Part shown: one piece after another, positions 61,121 to 64,000 of the stretch
How positions within the stretch are numbered: position 1 is the stretch's first letter
Layout: each line of letters opens with the position of its first letter
From: Balamuthia mandrillaris
Taxonomy: Eukaryota
Assembly: GCA_031835245.2 (NCBI GenBank)
Contig: JAVKOQ020000020.1
Location: forward strand, 124,001 to 188,000
Direction: 5' to 3'
Length of the DNA stretch: 64,000 bases
Notes under the pieces: generated by a model
Told to the model about the DNA's origin: nothing
Database searches by the model: none
The model's input: only the letters and a program-made list of their open reading frames with translations
Program-made: the position numbers and the translations under genes

Positions 61121-63208
61121 TTAGGGTGGCCGCGGCTTGTGCCGTTGTGGCTGGGCGCCCAGCAGGAAGTTGTCCGTCCATTGGGCGACCTTGATGACGG
61201 CCATGATCACCGTCACGGCATCCACGGCGTTGAGGGTGGGCTGTATCACCACCGCTAATTTGTTGCCTCCTGGTTTTTGCTTCCTCTTCTTTATCCTTTC
61301 GCCGTCCTGTGCTGTGCTCGTGATTTCGTGCTGTGGCTCCACTTCCACATAGGAAAGCGATGAGGAGGAGGAAGAGGAGGAAGAAGACGGTGAACCAGCT
61401 GAAAAGGAAGTGACGGCAGCATGAGAGGCGTGGTTCCCACAACTTCTCAACAACTGTAGGTAGGAATAGACCACCATGCTAACCGCATCTCCCGTGTTTG
61501 CTGGCGTCATGTCCTTCAACAAAACCGAGAGCCTTGCCGCAAGGTCCAACGCCGAGGAAGAAGCAGACGGATGAAAATGTTGCAACAGTAGAAAAGAACA
61601 AAGTTCTGCCACCTCTCTGCCCCATCTCATAATGTTCTTTGCTGAGGAGGTTGATGATGAGGATGACCGCTTGTTGTGATGAAGTGAAAGCTCTTTCAGG
61701 ACGTTGCGAATGTCAGAAGAACGAATGGTGGGAATCCTTCTTGCCAGATCCTTTCGAGCCATCAACAACAACTCGTTGGAGGTAACGTCCATGTCCAGAA
61801 TGTCCATCAACACAGGGAGTCTTTGCCATGGATTGTTGGTGACGATTCGAACACAGTCCAGATGACGAAGCACCGAATTGTCGTCGTGGTTGGCCCACTT
61901 GCGAATCGTTTTGAGGAGTATCTCCATCACTTTGCGAACATCCAACTCTTTAAACCGTTTGGAATGGCCCAAACCGATGAGCGGCATAGTGATGATGTAT
62001 TGTTCTCTTTTATCGTTATTATTCTTTGTGGGCTTGACAGCAAACGTTGCAGAAGTGAGAGAAGAAGATGAGGAAGAAGAAAGGGATAAGGATGAGGTTG
62101 TCGCTGTCTCTCGTTGATCTTCTTTTTGCTGATTTGTTGATATTGTCGCTGTTGTAGTTGGTACAGCGGTAGCAGGATGTGAAAACGGACAAGAGGTACC
62201 TTTGTTGCAAAAGCCGTTCACAAAAAACCAACAGGCTGGTGGTTGTTGTTGCGATTGCTGTTGTTGAAATGGTGTAAACGAAGGTGAAGATGACGAAGAT
62301 GAAGGTTGCACATAAAAATGACCATATCTACAGTTGCTACCTTTGTTGCAGTGACCGCTTTGGTAGAATACACACGCGACCGATCTTGAACCCTGAACGC
62401 TTTCACCTGACACCTCTTCTTGTTCTTTTGCTTGTAGCGGAAGAGAAGGCGGCCACCATCCTCGACGTGCTCGTTGGTTGGGTTGTGACACTTTTTGTTG
62501 TTCCTCTTCCATTTCGTCATCTTCTGCTTCCCCTTCTTCACTCGCTGTCTTTTCCTCTTCTGTTGAACGAACCATGTCTTTGACAATGTCAGTAATGTGA
62601 AGCCGCAACAAGGCATAAACGTGGCGAACGTGATCCAACGTGAACCGCTCCACGGCCTCTTCCTCGCAAATGTCGACCACCCACAACCGGCGAAAGGGGC
62701 AATGAGCAGCACAAGGCCGCTTGAAACGATAAAGCCTACCCGAGAAAGACTCTGTTTCGTCCTCGTCTTCTTCTGCTGCTTCCTCCTCTTCTTCTCCTTC
62801 TCCTTCCATTCGTTGAAGAGATCTGGTGCTTGAAAAGAAAGCATGACGAATGGCTCCGATGGTGGTGAAGGTCTGCCTTCTTGTTTTCGCCGCTTGAGTT
62901 CTTAGTGTCTTCTTTCGGTTGGCTGGAGCGGCGACGGCCGCGACGAACAAAAGAGGAAACGATCACCGCTGAGGACGGTGGCATGCACAACAGGTCTCCG
63001 GCATACACTTCAACCTTGTTTTTCAAGCGAAACATCAAACAACGGATAAATCAATCAAAGAGGAGTTAGTTACCTTGAGTGGCGGGTGCGGATGACTTCT
63101 GGGCACATGGAACTTGTACACCTTCTCGCAGGCAGCCCGCGATGGTTTTTTGCTTCGTTGGCGCACTTCTTGGTGGGCGTCCTCTTCGCTACATTTTTTC
63201 ATTTTCAT
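61121..63208 (-). CDS. Putative Macro-like domain (with two inserted CCCH zinc fingers) fused to a DUF4145-like HEPN domain
   Basis: Exon 1 63208-63074, intron 63073-63015, then LK|VEVYAGDLLCMPPSSAVIVSSF; CCCH fingers CVFYQSGHCNKGSNCRYGH and CWFFVNGFCNKGTSCPFSH; IITMPLIGLG..VRKVMEILLKTIRKW..LDCVRIV; GREVAE..LAARLSVL..LQLLRSCGNHASH; one frame change near 62860-62950 is unresolved. Confidence 0.65.
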
Positions 63209-63724
63209 TTTTCTTTTTTCTTTTTCTTTTTTTGTTTGCAACCAATAGAACAATTCAAGGAATGTTTGGAATCAACATTACTTGCATTTTTTGCATTCTT
63301 TCTGGAGGACAACTGAAATTGCAGAAATTGACTTCAAATTGTGGTCGTTATGTTGTCGACAAATAAAAGTTATCGATTAATTTTGATAAATCAAAAACCC
63401 GTTGCGCTTTGATCCAGGGGTTTATGTAGAGCTAAGTTGTCCGAAAGGAATTCCTTGTTCTGCACTGTGACTCAGAAGGACTCTTTTTGGCTTTGTACAT
63501 TGATAGGAAACAGACGGTCATTCCCTTCGGGAGTGGTCATTAATAACGAAAGTAATCCATTACTGAAATGCCATTATACACGGTTAAACACATAAAAATA
63601 TAAAAGCGGAGGAAGAACAAGGCCGAAGCGAGCGAAGAGCAAGGCTGTTGAAAGGATTAACAAAAAAAAAATAAATAAATAAACCTTCAAGCCTGGAGAG
63701 AGAAAGAGAGAGAAGGAAAAATTA

Positions 63725-64000
63725 ATGGCTCGCACAAGTATGCTGCTGGGCGTTACGCTCATCTTGCTGGGCTGCTCCCTCTCCTCCTTGTTTGTTCCCT
63801 TCGCTCGGGCTTCTCTTGTAATATATTTACCGTTCGAGGGGGAGGACGTCTTCACGGGGATCTGTCCCCGCCCGCCTGAAATCCCGGAAAAGCTGAGCTT
63901 CCAGGACGAGTCCCGGATTTCCTTCGAGCCCAACGACGCCCGCCCGTTTGTCAACCTCAACGACGCTATCGTTATCCGCAATGGAGACAACGGCTTTGTC
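63725..64000 (+). CDS. Partial (runs off window end) secreted or surface protein, possibly LamG-like
   Basis: Open frame to the window end, absent from the ORF track: MARTSMLLGVTLILLGCSLSSLFVPFARA (signal peptide) SLVIYLPFEGEDVFTG... Confidence 0.6.
   Translation, partial: MARTSMLLGVTLILLGCSLSSLFVPFARASLVIYLPFEGEDVFTGICPRPPEIPEKLSFQDESRISFEPNDARPFVNLNDAIVIRNGDNGFV

Noticed and set aside
46787..63208. Sirtuin plus Macro domain as a linked ADP-ribosylation operon (SirTM-like)
   Set aside because: About 13 kb and several unrelated genes apart; the sirtuin is class IV-like and adjacency carries little weight in a eukaryote

Overview
Gene-dense, intron-containing eukaryotic DNA: about 26 protein-coding loci with GT-AG introns, many filled with (CT)n, (GAA)n or (GAACAA)n microsatellites. 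The style and gene content (alpha-kinase, TRAF-type RING proteins, ENA-type ATPase, giant-virus-like F-box/ankyrin gene) suggest a free-living amoebozoan, possibly Balamuthia/Acanthamoeba-like; this is inference only. Housekeeping genes include a TPR co-chaperone, gamma-glutamyl hydrolase, MCM5, NFX1, a P-type ATPase, an aldo-keto reductase, a SAC3/GANP protein, a class IV sirtuin, CutA, an ARM-repeat protein and a GH16 glucanase. The most unusual loci are: (1) a gene at 61.1-63.2 kb that appears to encode a Macro-like domain split by two CCCH zinc fingers and followed by a DUF4145-type HEPN domain with an intact RxxGNxxxH motif, a candidate antiviral sensor-RNase; (2) an AMT1-clade MT-A70 DNA 6mA methyltransferase with four ZZ fingers; (3) three paralogous RING/TRAF-finger E3 ligases ending in pentapeptide repeats instead of MATH, interleaved with F-box genes; (4) an intron-bearing His-Cys box (I-PpoI-like) protein lacking the metal-binding Asn; (5) a WASP-like CRIB/coiled-coil/WCA protein without WH1; (6) a TTTGTCGAC motif seen repeatedly in 5' intergenic regions. 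No rRNA, tRNA, CRISPR array or intact transposon was recognised. All domain calls are by-eye motif recognition and exon boundaries are approximate.
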